A stretch of 64,000 nucleotides of DNA from a virus. The position numbers and the translations under genes are program-made. This document shows, piece after piece, positions 45,530 to 55,783 of the stretch (the stretch's first letter is position 1; the number at the start of each line of letters is the position of its first letter). The notes beneath the pieces are model-generated. The model did not search any database. It was given only the letters and a program-made list of their open reading frames with translations, and was not told where the DNA came from. The DNA lies in the IMG/VR virus record IMGVR_UViG_3300036766_000876, positions 30,300 through 94,299 of that record; one strand, 5' to 3'.

Positions 45530-47308
45530 TCAGGCTCCTATCCGTTGCCGGCTGGCAGGCGTCGAGCCCACCTGGGTGACGGTGGCATCCTGCACGGACG
45601 GCCCCTCCACGTCGGAGCGGGCCGTGACGTAGTTGTGGAAGTCGAAGTCCACGCCGATGCCTGACTCCAGCGCCCAGGAGTACTTCACGTTGGCGACGCG
45701 AAACACGTTCTGGAGGCGCTGGAAGCGCCCGCGGGAGGTGCCCACGAGGACCTGCGCCAACCGGGCATCCATTCCGAGGCGCCTCTTGAGGTCCTCCACT
45801 GCGGCCATGTCCGACTGCGCAGCCTCCGCATTCAGCTCGCTCACGACGGGCGGCACTCCCTGGAGGCCGGCCGCGTCCACGAGGAACTCCACGGCATCGC
45901 CGGGGCGGAGCCGGATGAGGTCGGTGTCAGCGTTGTCCCCGCCGAGGGAGGCAAGGTCCTTGGTGGAGGCGCTCCCCCCTAGCTCGCCACGGCCAATCTC
46001 CTCGTAGATTTGCCGCGCCACTTCCCGCATGCGCGTCTTGTCGGAGAAGCCGGGGAGCGGAATGGTGACGACCTCCGAGGCCGCCTGCTTCCCGGAGGGG
46101 TCAACGCGCGTGGTTCGCGCCTTCGTCTCCTTGGCCTCCGGCCACTCTGCCTCCAGGAGGCGTGACTTGCCCTTGAACGACGAGGACGTGTCTACGGAGA
46201 CGACCTTCACGACGGACGTGGGTGTACCGCCGAACTTCCGCTCCATCTGGAAGTTGCTCAGGTTCCGCCCGTACACCATCTTGCGGTACTGGATGTCGAG
46301 GGAGCCCCCGGCCGCCGTCTTCACGGAGCGTGTTGCGCCTCCCTTGAACGGGGTGGTGCCGGAGCTGCCAGCGTTCGCCTGGTCAAAGAGGCTCCGCACG
46401 GGGCGGATCCAGAGCTGGTGGCCGATAAAGTACGGCACGGCCCCCACCACGAAGCACAGGTTGGTGATGACGTCCCAGACGGACGTCTGCCCAGGGTCGC
46501 CCTTCATCGGCATCTGAGCCTTGTCGCCCTGAAGCCCCTGGTTGCTCCTGGTGACGAGCTCCTTGGCAGAGGGAGATGGCACCCCGTTCGGCCAGTCCCG
46601 CGGCTCCTGGGCGGTTTCGTCCGGCGCTGCCACGACGGGAATCTTCCCGCCCTGTGGGATGGTGCGGAGGAGCTGGCGCACCACCTCGTCAAGCGGCTTG
46701 GAGAGGTCGAGCTGTTGGAGCTGCGCTGAGGACACCTTCTTGTCGAGCAGGAGGCCTTGGAGGCCGCGCCCGTCCATCATCACCTCGCTGCCCTTGTCCG
46801 TGTGGCGCATGGTGAAGTTGTCCACCAAGCCCACCAGCATCAGATTGGAAGTCTCTGTGGAAATCTGGCTGGCGAGTCGGCCGCGGTCCACCTCCCCACG
46901 GATGCCCCTGGCGAAGTCCTGCCCGGTGACGACGCCGAGGAACACCTCGACGCCCACAGCGCGGATGGCGCGCGGGTCCACCGGGAAGTCCCGGAAGGCG
47001 AACGTCATGGAGAACTTCGGGGCCTGGCGCACCGTCGGGAGCTCGAAGGAGGCCTGCGTCGGGACAATGGCCAGGACGTGGCTGAGCCCATCCGCGTTCA
47101 CGTCGAACATCGTGGCCCGCTGGCGTGTGCCGGCTGCGGCCACGAGCCTGGCGGCGCTGGCGTGAGACTTGGCCGCGGCCTCCTTCACCGACGCAGCCGC
47201 CCCCTGGTCTGGCGTCTGGGGTGCTGGGGTAGAGCTCCCTGTGAGGAGCGCCTCGTCGAAGCGGATGGTGAGTCGCGCAGCGACAGACGGGTAGTAGATG
47301 GTGCTCAC
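45530..47308 (-). CDS. baseplate hub (gpD/gp44-like)
   Basis: VGLVD...MDGR...LLLD; MVYGRNL; position between the LysM gene and the spike gene. Confidence 0.65.
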   Translation of the reverse strand: MSTIYYPSVAARLTIRFDEALLTGSSTPAPQTPDQGAAASVKEAAAKSHASAARLVAAAGTRQRATMFDVNADGLSHVLAIVPTQASFELPTVRQAPKFSMTFAFRDFPVDPRAIRAVGVEVFLGVVTGQDFARGIRGEVDRGRLASQISTETSNLMLVGLVDNFTMRHTDKGSEVMMDGRGLQGLLLDKKVSSAQLQQLDLSKPLDEVVRQLLRTIPQGGKIPVVAAPDETAQEPRDWPNGVPSPSAKELVTRSNQGLQGDKAQMPMKGDPGQTSVWDVITNLCFVVGAVPYFIGHQLWIRPVRSLFDQANAGSSGTTPFKGGATRSVKTAAGGSLDIQYRKMVYGRNLSNFQMERKFGGTPTSVVKVVSVDTSSSFKGKSRLLEAEWPEAKETKARTTRVDPSGKQAASEVVTIPLPGFSDKTRMREVARQIYEEIGRGELGGSASTKDLASLGGDNADTDLIRLRPGDAVEFLVDAAGLQGVPPVVSELNAEAAQSDMAAVEDLKRRLGMDARLAQVLVGTSRGRFQRLQNVFRVANVKYSWALESGIGVDFDFHNYVTARSDVEGPSVQDATVTQVGSTPASRQRIGA

Positions 47309-48429
47309 GCAGCGGACTCGGAGAACGTGATGCGCGGGACGAGCACCGTCTGGCCTGCCTCCAGGCGGGAGCTCTCCAGCGCGTTGTAGATGAGGATGCG
47401 CCTCCACTCCTCTTGGGTGCCGTAGTACTTCACGGAGACATCGCGCAGGTCGAGCGGCTGCTTGGCAACGAAGACGGCCAGCAGGCTCTCCTGGCGGGCG
47501 ATGGTCTTCAGCGAGTCGGCTTCAGCGGAAGCCGTAGCCTGGAGGGCGCGCGCTGCCTGCTTGATGGCGCGGCTCCACTGGTCCGCTACGAGGACGTCCC
47601 CGAGGGAGACTCCGGAGGCATCGTCGTCCGGAGGCCGCTTGATGAGCTGGAGCGGTGGGAACTGCTCCACGGCCGCCACGATGTTGCTGGCAGCCACGCG
47701 CATCGACTCTGCTGCGGCGAGGCCACGCTCCGCCACCTCGACGGGTGTGAGCGCAAGCGCGAGGCCGGCCCTCACGGCGTTCTCCACGGCCAGGGAGGCG
47801 TCGTCGATTTCCTCGAACGCGGACTCGATGGTGGAGGTGAACTCCTCCACCACGGAGAAGATTGGAGGCTCCATGGCCACGCGGAGGACCTCCACCTCGT
47901 CAGCAAACTGCGCCGAGAGGTTGAGCGTCTCCGGGCTGGCTGGAAGCGTGACAGGGGACTGCTTCTCGCCACGGCTCGTCCACTGGAACTCCATCTCCCA
48001 GTCGAGGTCCTCCCGGCGCTGCCACGACTGCCGGAAGCGCAGGAGGATGCCAATGCGAACGTGGCTGTCCCAGGTGACTTCGACCTCCTGCCCGGCGAGG
48101 CGAATCTCCTCCACAGCCTGCGACAGTTGGAAGACGTCCGCCACGGAGAGCCCGTTGAACAGGGCGAGCCCGGTGTTCGTGACGGGGACGCCAGCGTCCG
48201 TCGTGTGGCGGATGAAGCGATCCTTCCACCGCCCCTTGATGACGGTTGGCTTCTCCTGGGCGCCGAGCATCTGCGTGGTGGCGACCGCATTGCCGGGGTA
48301 CCAAGTGAACTCTGCCCGCATGGAACCCTCCAGCTCGAACGGCTGGTAGGGGAGGGCGCGCCCACGGAGTATGAGCTCTCGCGCTGGAGCTGAGGTGGTC
48401 TTGATTGTGAAGCTGGTTGGTTCGCCCAT
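47305..48429 (-). CDS. tail tube initiator with C-terminal LysM-like domain
   Basis: DLRDVSVKYYGTQEEWRRILIYNAL...GQTVLVP; follows the tape measure gene. Confidence 0.7.
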   Translation of the reverse strand: MGEPTSFTIKTTSAPARELILRGRALPYQPFELEGSMRAEFTWYPGNAVATTQMLGAQEKPTVIKGRWKDRFIRHTTDAGVPVTNTGLALFNGLSVADVFQLSQAVEEIRLAGQEVEVTWDSHVRIGILLRFRQSWQRREDLDWEMEFQWTSRGEKQSPVTLPASPETLNLSAQFADEVEVLRVAMEPPIFSVVEEFTSTIESAFEEIDDASLAVENAVRAGLALALTPVEVAERGLAAAESMRVAASNIVAAVEQFPPLQLIKRPPDDDASGVSLGDVLVADQWSRAIKQAARALQATASAEADSLKTIARQESLLAVFVAKQPLDLRDVSVKYYGTQEEWRRILIYNALESSRLEAGQTVLVPRITFSESAA

Positions 48430-48432
48430 CGG

Positions 48433-50307
48433 CTACCTCACCGCGCTGGTGATGGGGAGGTAGTTGGACTGGGAGCGCATCTCTCCCAGCGCCGAGAGGT
48501 CGCTGGCGAAGGCCACTGCAATGCGGTCTGGGTCGAAGCCCTCAGCGAACTTCTGGGTGATGTCGAAGCGACTCCCACGGAAGTCGTAGTTGGGCGCGGC
48601 CGGCTTGGTGTCCCCGGCCTTGTGGTGCGCTGCCTCTTCCGCCGCCGCCTTGTCCCTGTCGAACATGCGCATCTTCGCGTCCAGGAAGGCGTTCTGGTTC
48701 ACCTCTGCGAAGCGCCCCGAGATTCGCTTCGAGACATCGTCGAACCCAGGGAGGATTACGTTGGCCATTCCCCTGGCGAAACCGCTGGCGTCGAACCCAG
48801 CGCCTCCAGCAGCCCCGCCGATGTTGACGCCGAGGACTGACTTCGCCTTGGTGATGATCCAATCGAAAATTGCGTTTATCTCTGTTCCGAGCAGCACGAG
48901 GTACTTCACGACAGGGTCGATGAACACCTCCCGCAAGTAGCCAGTGATGGTCGAGAACACTGTGTAGAGCGCCTGCGACACCTCCGGGAGGAAGCTCGCG
49001 ATGACCTGGATGAGGGTGATGGTGTCTTCCAAAGCGCCGACGAGCTGCTCGAAGCCGGCACTCGCGAGGCGCGCGACCATCTGGCCGAAGGTCCCGTCCT
49101 GCCCGAAGAGGCGCATGAGCGGCTCCACAAGAGCCATCATGCTCGCGCCGATGTCCTCGACGCGGACCTGAATCTTCTCCCAGGTGAAGAGGAGGCGATC
49201 CTTGACGCCATCCACGTTGGCCTTGATGGCCTCCCAGCCCTTCGCCGCCACCCACACAGCCGCGGCGATGAGCGCCAGGTACGGAGCAGCAGCCATGAAG
49301 GAGGAGGCGATCCCGACGACCTGCGAAACCAGCGCGCCGATGCCCCCACCACCACCCCCAAGGCCTCCGAGGCCGCCGCTGGCCAGCTTCCCGATGAGGC
49401 CCTTCGGACTGGTGAGGTTCTCCAACACGCCGAGGACCTTCTTGGCGGTGAGCACGGCGACGATTGCCTTGGCCGCAAAGAGGACCTCGCCCATGTGGTC
49501 CGCCAGGATTTGTCCGAAGCGCTCCGCCACCGGGATGAGCGACTCCATCCTGCCGGCGAACTGCTCCGTGAGCTTGGAGAGCACCGGCATCAGCGTCTTC
49601 CCCAACATCACCTGGATGCGGTTCCACGCGTCGTGGATGCGGTGCTGCGCCTCCTCCATCCTGTCGAAGGCATCCACGTCGTCGTCGCTGACGAGGCCTG
49701 CCCCGCCCTTCTTGGCCGCGGCGAGCTTGCTCTTGTCGAGGTCCTTCAGGAATTTCTGGAAGTCGTTGACCTGCCCCTTGGGGATGCGGAACTGCGTCAT
49801 CAGCTCCCCGACGCCGAGCTTCCCGGACTTCACGGCGTCGCTCATCTGCATGAGCGACGACACAGGGCCCTTGGAGACGTCCACGCCAAGGCGCTCGAAC
49901 TTCTTGGCCAGCCCCGGAACGGTCTTCCCGTTGGAGAGGGCGAGCGACTGCTCCAGCATCGCGCCACGGCGCGAGAGCTGGAACATCGTGTCCTTCATCG
50001 AGTCGTACTCGACACCAGCCTTGCGGGCGCTGCTGAAGAGGAAATCCGTCTCCCCAGCGGTGGCGCCGGTCAGCTCCCTGACCTCCTTGATGTTCTTCAG
50101 GTACTTCTCGGTGGTGTCCACCGCGCCCTTGAGGGAGAGCGCGATGCCGAAGGCGCCCAGGGATGGGAGCAGGTGCCCGACGATGCCCTCGATGCCACCG
50201 AGGGCCCCTCCGAGGTGCTCCGCGGCCTTGGCAGCCTTCTCGATCGGAGCAGTGGCCCCGTCGGTGACCTTGAGGTGCGTGTCTACGACGTTCTGGACCG
50301 TGGACAC
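48433..50307 (-). CDS. tape measure protein
   Basis: 624 aa helical, A/G-rich, with hydrophobic segments; follows the tail chaperone. Confidence 0.8.
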   Translation of the reverse strand: MSTVQNVVDTHLKVTDGATAPIEKAAKAAEHLGGALGGIEGIVGHLLPSLGAFGIALSLKGAVDTTEKYLKNIKEVRELTGATAGETDFLFSSARKAGVEYDSMKDTMFQLSRRGAMLEQSLALSNGKTVPGLAKKFERLGVDVSKGPVSSLMQMSDAVKSGKLGVGELMTQFRIPKGQVNDFQKFLKDLDKSKLAAAKKGGAGLVSDDDVDAFDRMEEAQHRIHDAWNRIQVMLGKTLMPVLSKLTEQFAGRMESLIPVAERFGQILADHMGEVLFAAKAIVAVLTAKKVLGVLENLTSPKGLIGKLASGGLGGLGGGGGGIGALVSQVVGIASSFMAAAPYLALIAAAVWVAAKGWEAIKANVDGVKDRLLFTWEKIQVRVEDIGASMMALVEPLMRLFGQDGTFGQMVARLASAGFEQLVGALEDTITLIQVIASFLPEVSQALYTVFSTITGYLREVFIDPVVKYLVLLGTEINAIFDWIITKAKSVLGVNIGGAAGGAGFDASGFARGMANVILPGFDDVSKRISGRFAEVNQNAFLDAKMRMFDRDKAAAEEAAHHKAGDTKPAAPNYDFRGSRFDITQKFAEGFDPDRIAVAFASDLSALGEMRSQSNYLPITSAVR

Positions 50308-50313
50308 CGCTCG

Positions 50314-50558
50314 TCACTCCCTTCGAGGCCCGTTCTCTGCCTTCAGGTGCTCGTCCAGCGCGTCAGCCAGGCGCTGGAGTTGGTCCACCGGGAGCCGCAG
50401 CATCGCGTCCGCCGGCTGATGTCCGTACCTCCCGAGGTACGCCAGGAGGTGCCAGATGCGCTTCTCGTGCGAGCCATGGGCGCTGGTGAGCCGCTCAAGA
50501 GCTCCTGCGAGGCCGGCGAGCGTTACGCTACGCGCACCGTCCTGCTCTTGAGAAAAGA
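50314..50558 (-). CDS. tail assembly chaperone GT extension (-1 frame)
   Basis: Open -1 frame ...RIWHLLAYLGRYGHQPADAMLRLP... ending 6 nt before the tape measure start; candidate slip site TCTTTTC. Confidence 0.6.
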
Positions 50559-50879
50559 CTGCTGGTCCTCCTCCTTGGCCGCGTGGAGCTCGCCGTACGC
50601 CGTCATCACGAGCTGGCGGACGCGCGGGTCGAGGTTCTTCCAGAAGCTGTCCACGGAGCCGTCCGTGCCCGACAGCTTCTTCCCGTCAGCCTCCACCAGG
50701 GCGGCCATGGAGAGCTCCGTGGCCATCTTCGCGGAGTCGTTCCGCGCCCGCTTGAAGCAGGTCAGCTCCTCGTCGGCGGAGAGCGTGACGAGGCCCACCT
50801 GGGCGACGCCAGACTCCTGTGCGAGCTGTGGCGGAACCTCGTACAGGTACACCGGGCGCTTCGAGGAGGTGGCTTCCAT
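50523..50879 (-). CDS. tail assembly chaperone G
   Basis: 118 aa between tube and tape measure genes. Confidence 0.7.
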   Translation of the reverse strand: MEATSSKRPVYLYEVPPQLAQESGVAQVGLVTLSADEELTCFKRARNDSAKMATELSMAALVEADGKKLSGTDGSVDSFWKNLDPRVRQLVMTAYGELHAAKEEDQQSFLKSRTVRVA

Positions 50880-50934
50880 GGCTGCTCAGCTTTCTGCCGC
50901 CAGAAGAGGCCCCTTGGCGGCCCGGGGGAAGGCG

Positions 50935-51363
50935 TCAGATGACGCGGTAGTCGCTGCCCTTGAAGGGGACGGTGGTGGTGCCGTACTCGTCGCGGCCGCC
51001 AAAGCTGACGCCTGAGGCGTCGAAGAAGGCGTCGCTCATGACGATGCGCTTGCGCTCGCCGGAGGGGAACTGGAGCGTCATCTTCACGTTGATGGTGACG
51101 CCAGGGGTGCGCCGCTGGGCCCGATCCTTGACGATCTTCATGAAGTCGAGCGTGGCCGGGGACGAGTTGTGCATGGCGATGCTGCCCGTGTACCCCTTGT
51201 AAATCTCGTCGTAGCGGTTCGACTTCTCCCCGAGGTAGCCCTCCTCAGACGTCTCCGTCTCCGAGCTGAACTCGCTGCTCTGGATGTCCGTAAAGCTCTG
51301 GGCGCGACCATCAGCCAGGACGACAACCTCGACGTCTTGACCTCGGATTCTGGTGCTGGGCAT
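50935..51363 (-). CDS. tail tube protein
   Basis: 142 aa beta-rich protein directly after the sheath gene. Confidence 0.75.
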   Translation of the reverse strand: MPSTRIRGQDVEVVVLADGRAQSFTDIQSSEFSSETETSEEGYLGEKSNRYDEIYKGYTGSIAMHNSSPATLDFMKIVKDRAQRRTPGVTINVKMTLQFPSGERKRIVMSDAFFDASGVSFGGRDEYGTTTVPFKGSDYRVI

Positions 51364-51377
51364 GGCGAACGTCCTCC

Positions 51378-51429
51378 AAAGAGAAAAGGCACGGTCCGGG
51401 GCCCGCCATCGGGTCCAGGAGCCGTGCCC
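51378..51429 (-). terminator. intrinsic terminator-like hairpin between sheath and tube genes
   Basis: GGCACGG...CCGTGCC followed by TTTTCTCTTT. Confidence 0.45.
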
Positions 51430-51509
51430 TATTCCGAGCCCGAAGTGAGCTCAGCGAAGCCGGTTCAACGGTGATGACTGTACGACGCCCCACCGCCGCC
51501 CTGCAAGCG

Positions 51510-53528
51510 CTACACGTTGGTGGAGACGACGACGTTTTCCCCAACTTCGGCCTGGAGCACGATGTAGTCGCCAGTTGGCGTGGTGCGGACCTTGGCGATG
51601 ACGACGTAGATGCCCTGGGCCTCGCTGGTGGGCGTGTTGCCGGACTTGTCGTCCACGAGGTAGCCGTTGATGCGCTGGAGGGCCGGGTTGTTCTCCGACA
51701 GGAGGCCCGCCAGGAAGGCATCCACCTCGACGACGATGGAGTCCTTCCAGCTCTGCGTGGCCGGCTGCTTCGCCAGCGGCGCAAGGGCCGCTGCGATGCT
51801 GTCCTCGATGTAGTCCGCCATCCGCCGCCGGTTGATGTTGAGCTGGCCGGAGGTGAGCGACGTGGTGATGCCGGACTGGAACACTGGCCCCTCGGTGCGG
51901 TCGATGAGCAGGCCAGCGACGCCGGTCGCCTTGAGGGTGCGGTAGTCGGCCTGCGACAGAACGCTGATGCCGCGCTGGAGCGCCACGACGGGCGCCAGGA
52001 CGGTGGTGACAGGCTCCCCAGACTGGCCGGGGTTCCGCTCCGGCGCCAGGTTGCTCAGCACGGCGGCCATCCAGCCGTCGCCCGAGGAGTCGAGGATGCC
52101 GTCCGTGGTGGTGAGGCCGTCCGCGGTGGCGATGGTCGCCCCGCTTGCCTCGGGCACGAACGTCCGCGCGCCGGGCCAGGAGTAGATGAGGCGCTCCGTC
52201 CGGTTCGCGCCCACGCCAGGGTCCGCGTCCGCGGTGGCCGCCGATGTCGAGACGGTCGTGAGGCCGGGAGCCGAGCAGGCCATGCGACCCAACCCAACGC
52301 CCGAGGCGAGGAGGACGTGCGTCTTGAGGGCAGAGCGGATGGTGGACGTCCGCCGTGCCGAGAAGACGATGTTCACGTCGCGCTGTGGGTTGAGATCCTG
52401 GCGGAGCGCGTCGAGCGCCGTGGCGTACAGCGCGTTCATCGCAGCGAGCGAGTCACCGGACGACGTCGTGCTGACGTTGACAGTCTGCGTCGCCGCTGCG
52501 AACACGAAGCCAGCGCTGACGTGGCTGCGCAGCGTGAGGCCGGAGAGCGGATCCCAGCTCGTGGCCGTCCCGGCATCGGGCACAACCGTTGGGGTGAGGC
52601 TCACCCCGAGTGCGATGGTGGCGTCCAGCGGCCGGCACGGCAGCTTGTAGCCGCTGGTGTCAGCAAGGGCCGCGCTGATGCCGTTGAAGCCGCCGCTGTC
52701 TCCGTCGCTCTCGACGTGGACCCGGTACGGGAGCGCCGCCCCTGTGGTCCAGTCGAAGTTGGTGCCATCGAGCTTCTGCACGACGAGCGCCGTGGCGGAC
52801 ACCGCGTCCGCAGTCACGCGGAGGGTGAAGGCATTGGCACCCAGCGCACCCGCGCCGCTGATGACGCCGACGACAAGCAGCGAGCCCTTGGGCACCGGCC
52901 CACCGTTGTACGCCGTGAGGAAGCCGCCGCCTGCGCTGTTGAACGTCTGCGTCGCCGCAGCGCCAGCAGAGGTGACAGAGCCGTCGATGGCATTCTTGAA
53001 GTGTCCGACGGCGGTGAAGGCGACACGCTTGCCGAGGCGCACCCGGTTGACACCGGAGCGGAACTCTCGCCCGCCCTCCACGCGCCCGCCCGCGAGGGGG
53101 ACAACGGGGACTGCCTGCGTGGCGGAGAGGTTGGTGGGGAGGTCGCGCCACGCGCGTCCGGCTCCGGCAGAAGCCAGGTTGACGGGGCACACGATGAGGC
53201 GGGTGAACTTCTTGTTGCGGAGGGCGAAGAAGCCGTTGCCGTCCGTGCTGCCGAAATCTCCGAGCGTGGAGTCCCAACCGCCGACCTTGTCGAGCATGTC
53301 CTGGCCAGAGAAGATTTCCACTGGCTGGGCGGAGGTCGAGACGACGCCGGTCGAGCTGACCGCGGTTCCGTAGCTCATGTCGGCAAACTCACCGACCATA
53401 CCCACGGTTCCGCTGCTGGCCCCGTTGATGGAGCCCGGAGGCGGGAGGTCGAGGATGATGACGCCCTCGATCGCACGAATCTCCGCGTCGCCAGGGTTCG
53501 CGCCGTACCGCCTGATGAAGCCCGCCAT
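51510..53528 (-). CDS. contractile tail sheath protein
   Basis: GTVGMVGEF N-terminus; GITTS...NINRRRMADYI; C-terminal sheath domain. Confidence 0.88.
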   Translation of the reverse strand: MAGFIRRYGANPGDAEIRAIEGVIILDLPPPGSINGASSGTVGMVGEFADMSYGTAVSSTGVVSTSAQPVEIFSGQDMLDKVGGWDSTLGDFGSTDGNGFFALRNKKFTRLIVCPVNLASAGAGRAWRDLPTNLSATQAVPVVPLAGGRVEGGREFRSGVNRVRLGKRVAFTAVGHFKNAIDGSVTSAGAAATQTFNSAGGGFLTAYNGGPVPKGSLLVVGVISGAGALGANAFTLRVTADAVSATALVVQKLDGTNFDWTTGAALPYRVHVESDGDSGGFNGISAALADTSGYKLPCRPLDATIALGVSLTPTVVPDAGTATSWDPLSGLTLRSHVSAGFVFAAATQTVNVSTTSSGDSLAAMNALYATALDALRQDLNPQRDVNIVFSARRTSTIRSALKTHVLLASGVGLGRMACSAPGLTTVSTSAATADADPGVGANRTERLIYSWPGARTFVPEASGATIATADGLTTTDGILDSSGDGWMAAVLSNLAPERNPGQSGEPVTTVLAPVVALQRGISVLSQADYRTLKATGVAGLLIDRTEGPVFQSGITTSLTSGQLNINRRRMADYIEDSIAAALAPLAKQPATQSWKDSIVVEVDAFLAGLLSENNPALQRINGYLVDDKSGNTPTSEAQGIYVVIAKVRTTPTGDYIVLQAEVGENVVVSTNV

Positions 53529-53567
53529 GGTGTTTCTCCTTGGGAGCGCGCCGCTGGAGCGGTCGGC

Positions 53568-54287
53568 TCAGGTAACTTCGGTGCTTACTACCACGCTGAG
53601 GTCAACACTGTCGCCAAGCTCCGCCAGTACAAAGGTCGGCTTGCCATCCGGGAACGAGAAGAGCTGGACCACCGGCACCCTGGCCTTGAGAGTGAAGGTG
53701 ACGAGCCGGTAGCGCCGGAGGGCCTGGTCTGCGTCGTCGGAGACGCTCGTCTCCACCAGCGTGTAGGCCGCCCGCTGGTTGAAGTAGTACGGGAGCTGGA
53801 GCTCGAAGCCGTACTTCTCGAAATTGGGGTTGAGCGCCGACTCCATCATGGCCTCAAGGCCGGTGCGCTCCTCCGGATTGGTGGCCCAGATTTCCAAGGC
53901 AACGGTGGCGACGTAGTCGGCCGACCGAACCACGTACCTCCCGTCCGGGAGAGGGATCCGGCACCGTGGGTCAATGGCCGGGGACATCGAGGCGGCCTCG
54001 TACGCCCCAGGCCCCTGGGCGTAGATGACCGCGGCAGGGTAGCTGGCGTTCGTTTCCGGCTCAGCCCATTCGTCGGTGACGGTGCGCAGGCGCAGCGCTG
54101 CGCCACCTAGGGCTGCGTACCTGAGCTGTTCAACGTACTCGGCCAGGCCCCTCTGCACAGCCAACCTTGCGCCGCACTCTTGCGTGGCCGTAGGTGCCAG
54201 AGGAATGCCCCCGGCCCCGGGCATGAGCCGGGCCCGCCCGCGAGGCGGGACGATGGAGCCGGTGGCCGGTGGATTGGGGACCGTCAT
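53568..54287 (-). CDS. tail terminator/neck protein
   Basis: Position before the sheath gene; YPAAVI, LEIWA..PEER. Confidence 0.6.
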   Translation of the reverse strand: MTVPNPPATGSIVPPRGRARLMPGAGGIPLAPTATQECGARLAVQRGLAEYVEQLRYAALGGAALRLRTVTDEWAEPETNASYPAAVIYAQGPGAYEAASMSPAIDPRCRIPLPDGRYVVRSADYVATVALEIWATNPEERTGLEAMMESALNPNFEKYGFELQLPYYFNQRAAYTLVETSVSDDADQALRRYRLVTFTLKARVPVVQLFSFPDGKPTFVLAELGDSVDLSVVVSTEVT

Positions 54288-54796
54288 GGCTTGGCGAGCT
54301 CGCGGTCCAGCTCTTTGAGGAGCTCCTCGAAGAAGTCCTTCTCGATGCCTGGGAGCTGGTCCGTCATGGTGCGCCGCGGCTGGAGCCCGCGCTTGGCGAT
54401 GGCCCGGGCGATGGGGAAGGCCGCCCTCTTGGCCTCCTCCCGCGAGAGCCCGAGGCGCCGCTGCGCCCAATCGACGATGGCTGCGGTTGGCGGGAAACGC
54501 CCCGGCCTGCGGCCGTACTCGATGACAGACGCGTAGCCAGCGGCGTTGAACACCCTGGCTCCGTCCGGTAGGGCCTCGTACTTCCAGGCCCGTTTGTAGA
54601 AGCCTGTGTTGACAGCTCCCGTTGCCCCGTAGGGGCTGGCCGGGGGGACCAGGCCCGTGGCCCGCTGGAGCGTCTGAACGGCACGTAGCGCCCCGCGTAG
54701 GGCCCCTCTGCGCGCTGCGGCGGGCAGGCGCGTGCCGAGCTTCCGGTACTGGCCCGGGAGCTGCGCCAGGGAGATGTTGATGACCGTGGTGGTCAT
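54284..54796 (-). CDS. tail completion protein (HK97 gp10-like)
   Basis: AVNTGFYKRAW, YASVIEYGRRPG..PP, IARAIAKRG. Confidence 0.75.
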   Translation of the reverse strand: MTTTVINISLAQLPGQYRKLGTRLPAAARRGALRGALRAVQTLQRATGLVPPASPYGATGAVNTGFYKRAWKYEALPDGARVFNAAGYASVIEYGRRPGRFPPTAAIVDWAQRRLGLSREEAKRAAFPIARAIAKRGLQPRRTMTDQLPGIEKDFFEELLKELDRELAKP

Positions 54797-55342
54797 TCAG
54801 CCCTCTGGGTCCCCGTTGACGCGGTTGCGGTCCTCGTTCGCCTTCTCCAGGCGCACGCTCCACTGGAGGCGCCCCGGGAAGTACGTGGGGGCCCCTCGTG
54901 GGAAGAACCGGCGCTTCTTGGAGCCCCCTGAGTTGGCGGAGTCTGTTGGGAAGAACTCAATCTCGTAGAAGAACTCCTCGTCCGCCGGGATGCCATCCCC
55001 ATCGCGGAAGCCACGGAGCTGGTCCTCAGTGTACGTCCCGGAAATCTGCGAGAGGTCGATGGCACCGAGCTCGTCCACGCCGACAGACTGCGCGAGCTCC
55101 TGGAGCGCCTCCAGGGAGGAAATCTTCGGTGTGGGGAGGATGGGCTCTTCGGACACGACGCTCGCAGCCCCACGCCCGCGCCGGCCGCCGCTCCAGCGTA
55201 CGCGGACGATCGTCACCCGGTAGGTGCGGAGCCCGAACTGCGTGAGCATGTCCCGGAGGTCATCCGCCAGCCCCACGAAGTCCCTTGCGAGGGTGCCCTT
55301 CGCCTGGATGTCAGTGACAACGGTGAACGGGCCTCGCGCCAC
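54797..55342 (-). CDS. head closure (stopper) protein
   Basis: Position after the adaptor gene; beta-rich. Confidence 0.55.
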   Translation of the reverse strand: MARGPFTVVTDIQAKGTLARDFVGLADDLRDMLTQFGLRTYRVTIVRVRWSGGRRGRGAASVVSEEPILPTPKISSLEALQELAQSVGVDELGAIDLSQISGTYTEDQLRGFRDGDGIPADEEFFYEIEFFPTDSANSGGSKKRRFFPRGAPTYFPGRLQWSVRLEKANEDRNRVNGDPEG

Positions 55343-55345
55343 TGG

Positions 55346-55759
55346 CTACACCGCTCGGTGGATGGGCACGGACGTGACGCTCATCGAGCCGCTCCCGCGG
55401 TAGCGCATCGAGAACGGGTAGATTGGGGAGCCCACGATGTCCGAGAGGCGGTAGCCCCAGCGTCGGTACTCGCCCTCCAGGGAGTCGCACTCGTCCTTGC
55501 GGAGGGTGAGCTCCTCCAGCTTCTCAGCGCGGAGGCGACCCTGTGCGGAGACGAGCTGAAGCTCGATGCCGTCCATGATATTGGAGATGCTCCGCACCTG
55601 CTCCAGCATCGGCTCCTGGATGCGGTTGAGCGCGTTCTGTACGAGGAAGTTTGTCTGGCTGAAGGCCGGCACGCCAAACTGGAGGGACGCGGCGTCCGTC
55701 AGCGCCGGATACCCGAGGTGGTACGAGATGCGAGCCTTCTCTCCGAGCGTGAGCGGCAT
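55346..55759 (-). CDS. head-tail adaptor protein
   Basis: MPLTLGEKARISYHLGY, helical, downstream of the capsid gene. Confidence 0.6.
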   Translation of the reverse strand: MPLTLGEKARISYHLGYPALTDAASLQFGVPAFSQTNFLVQNALNRIQEPMLEQVRSISNIMDGIELQLVSAQGRLRAEKLEELTLRKDECDSLEGEYRRWGYRLSDIVGSPIYPFSMRYRGSGSMSVTSVPIHRAV

Positions 55760-55783
55760 CGTGCCACCTTCCTTCGCCCCAGC

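Noticed and set aside
41978-53528. Sheath/tube/baseplate cluster as a tailocin, eCIS or T6SS
   Set aside because: It is contiguous with capsid, scaffold, neck, lysis and replication genes, so it is a phage tail.
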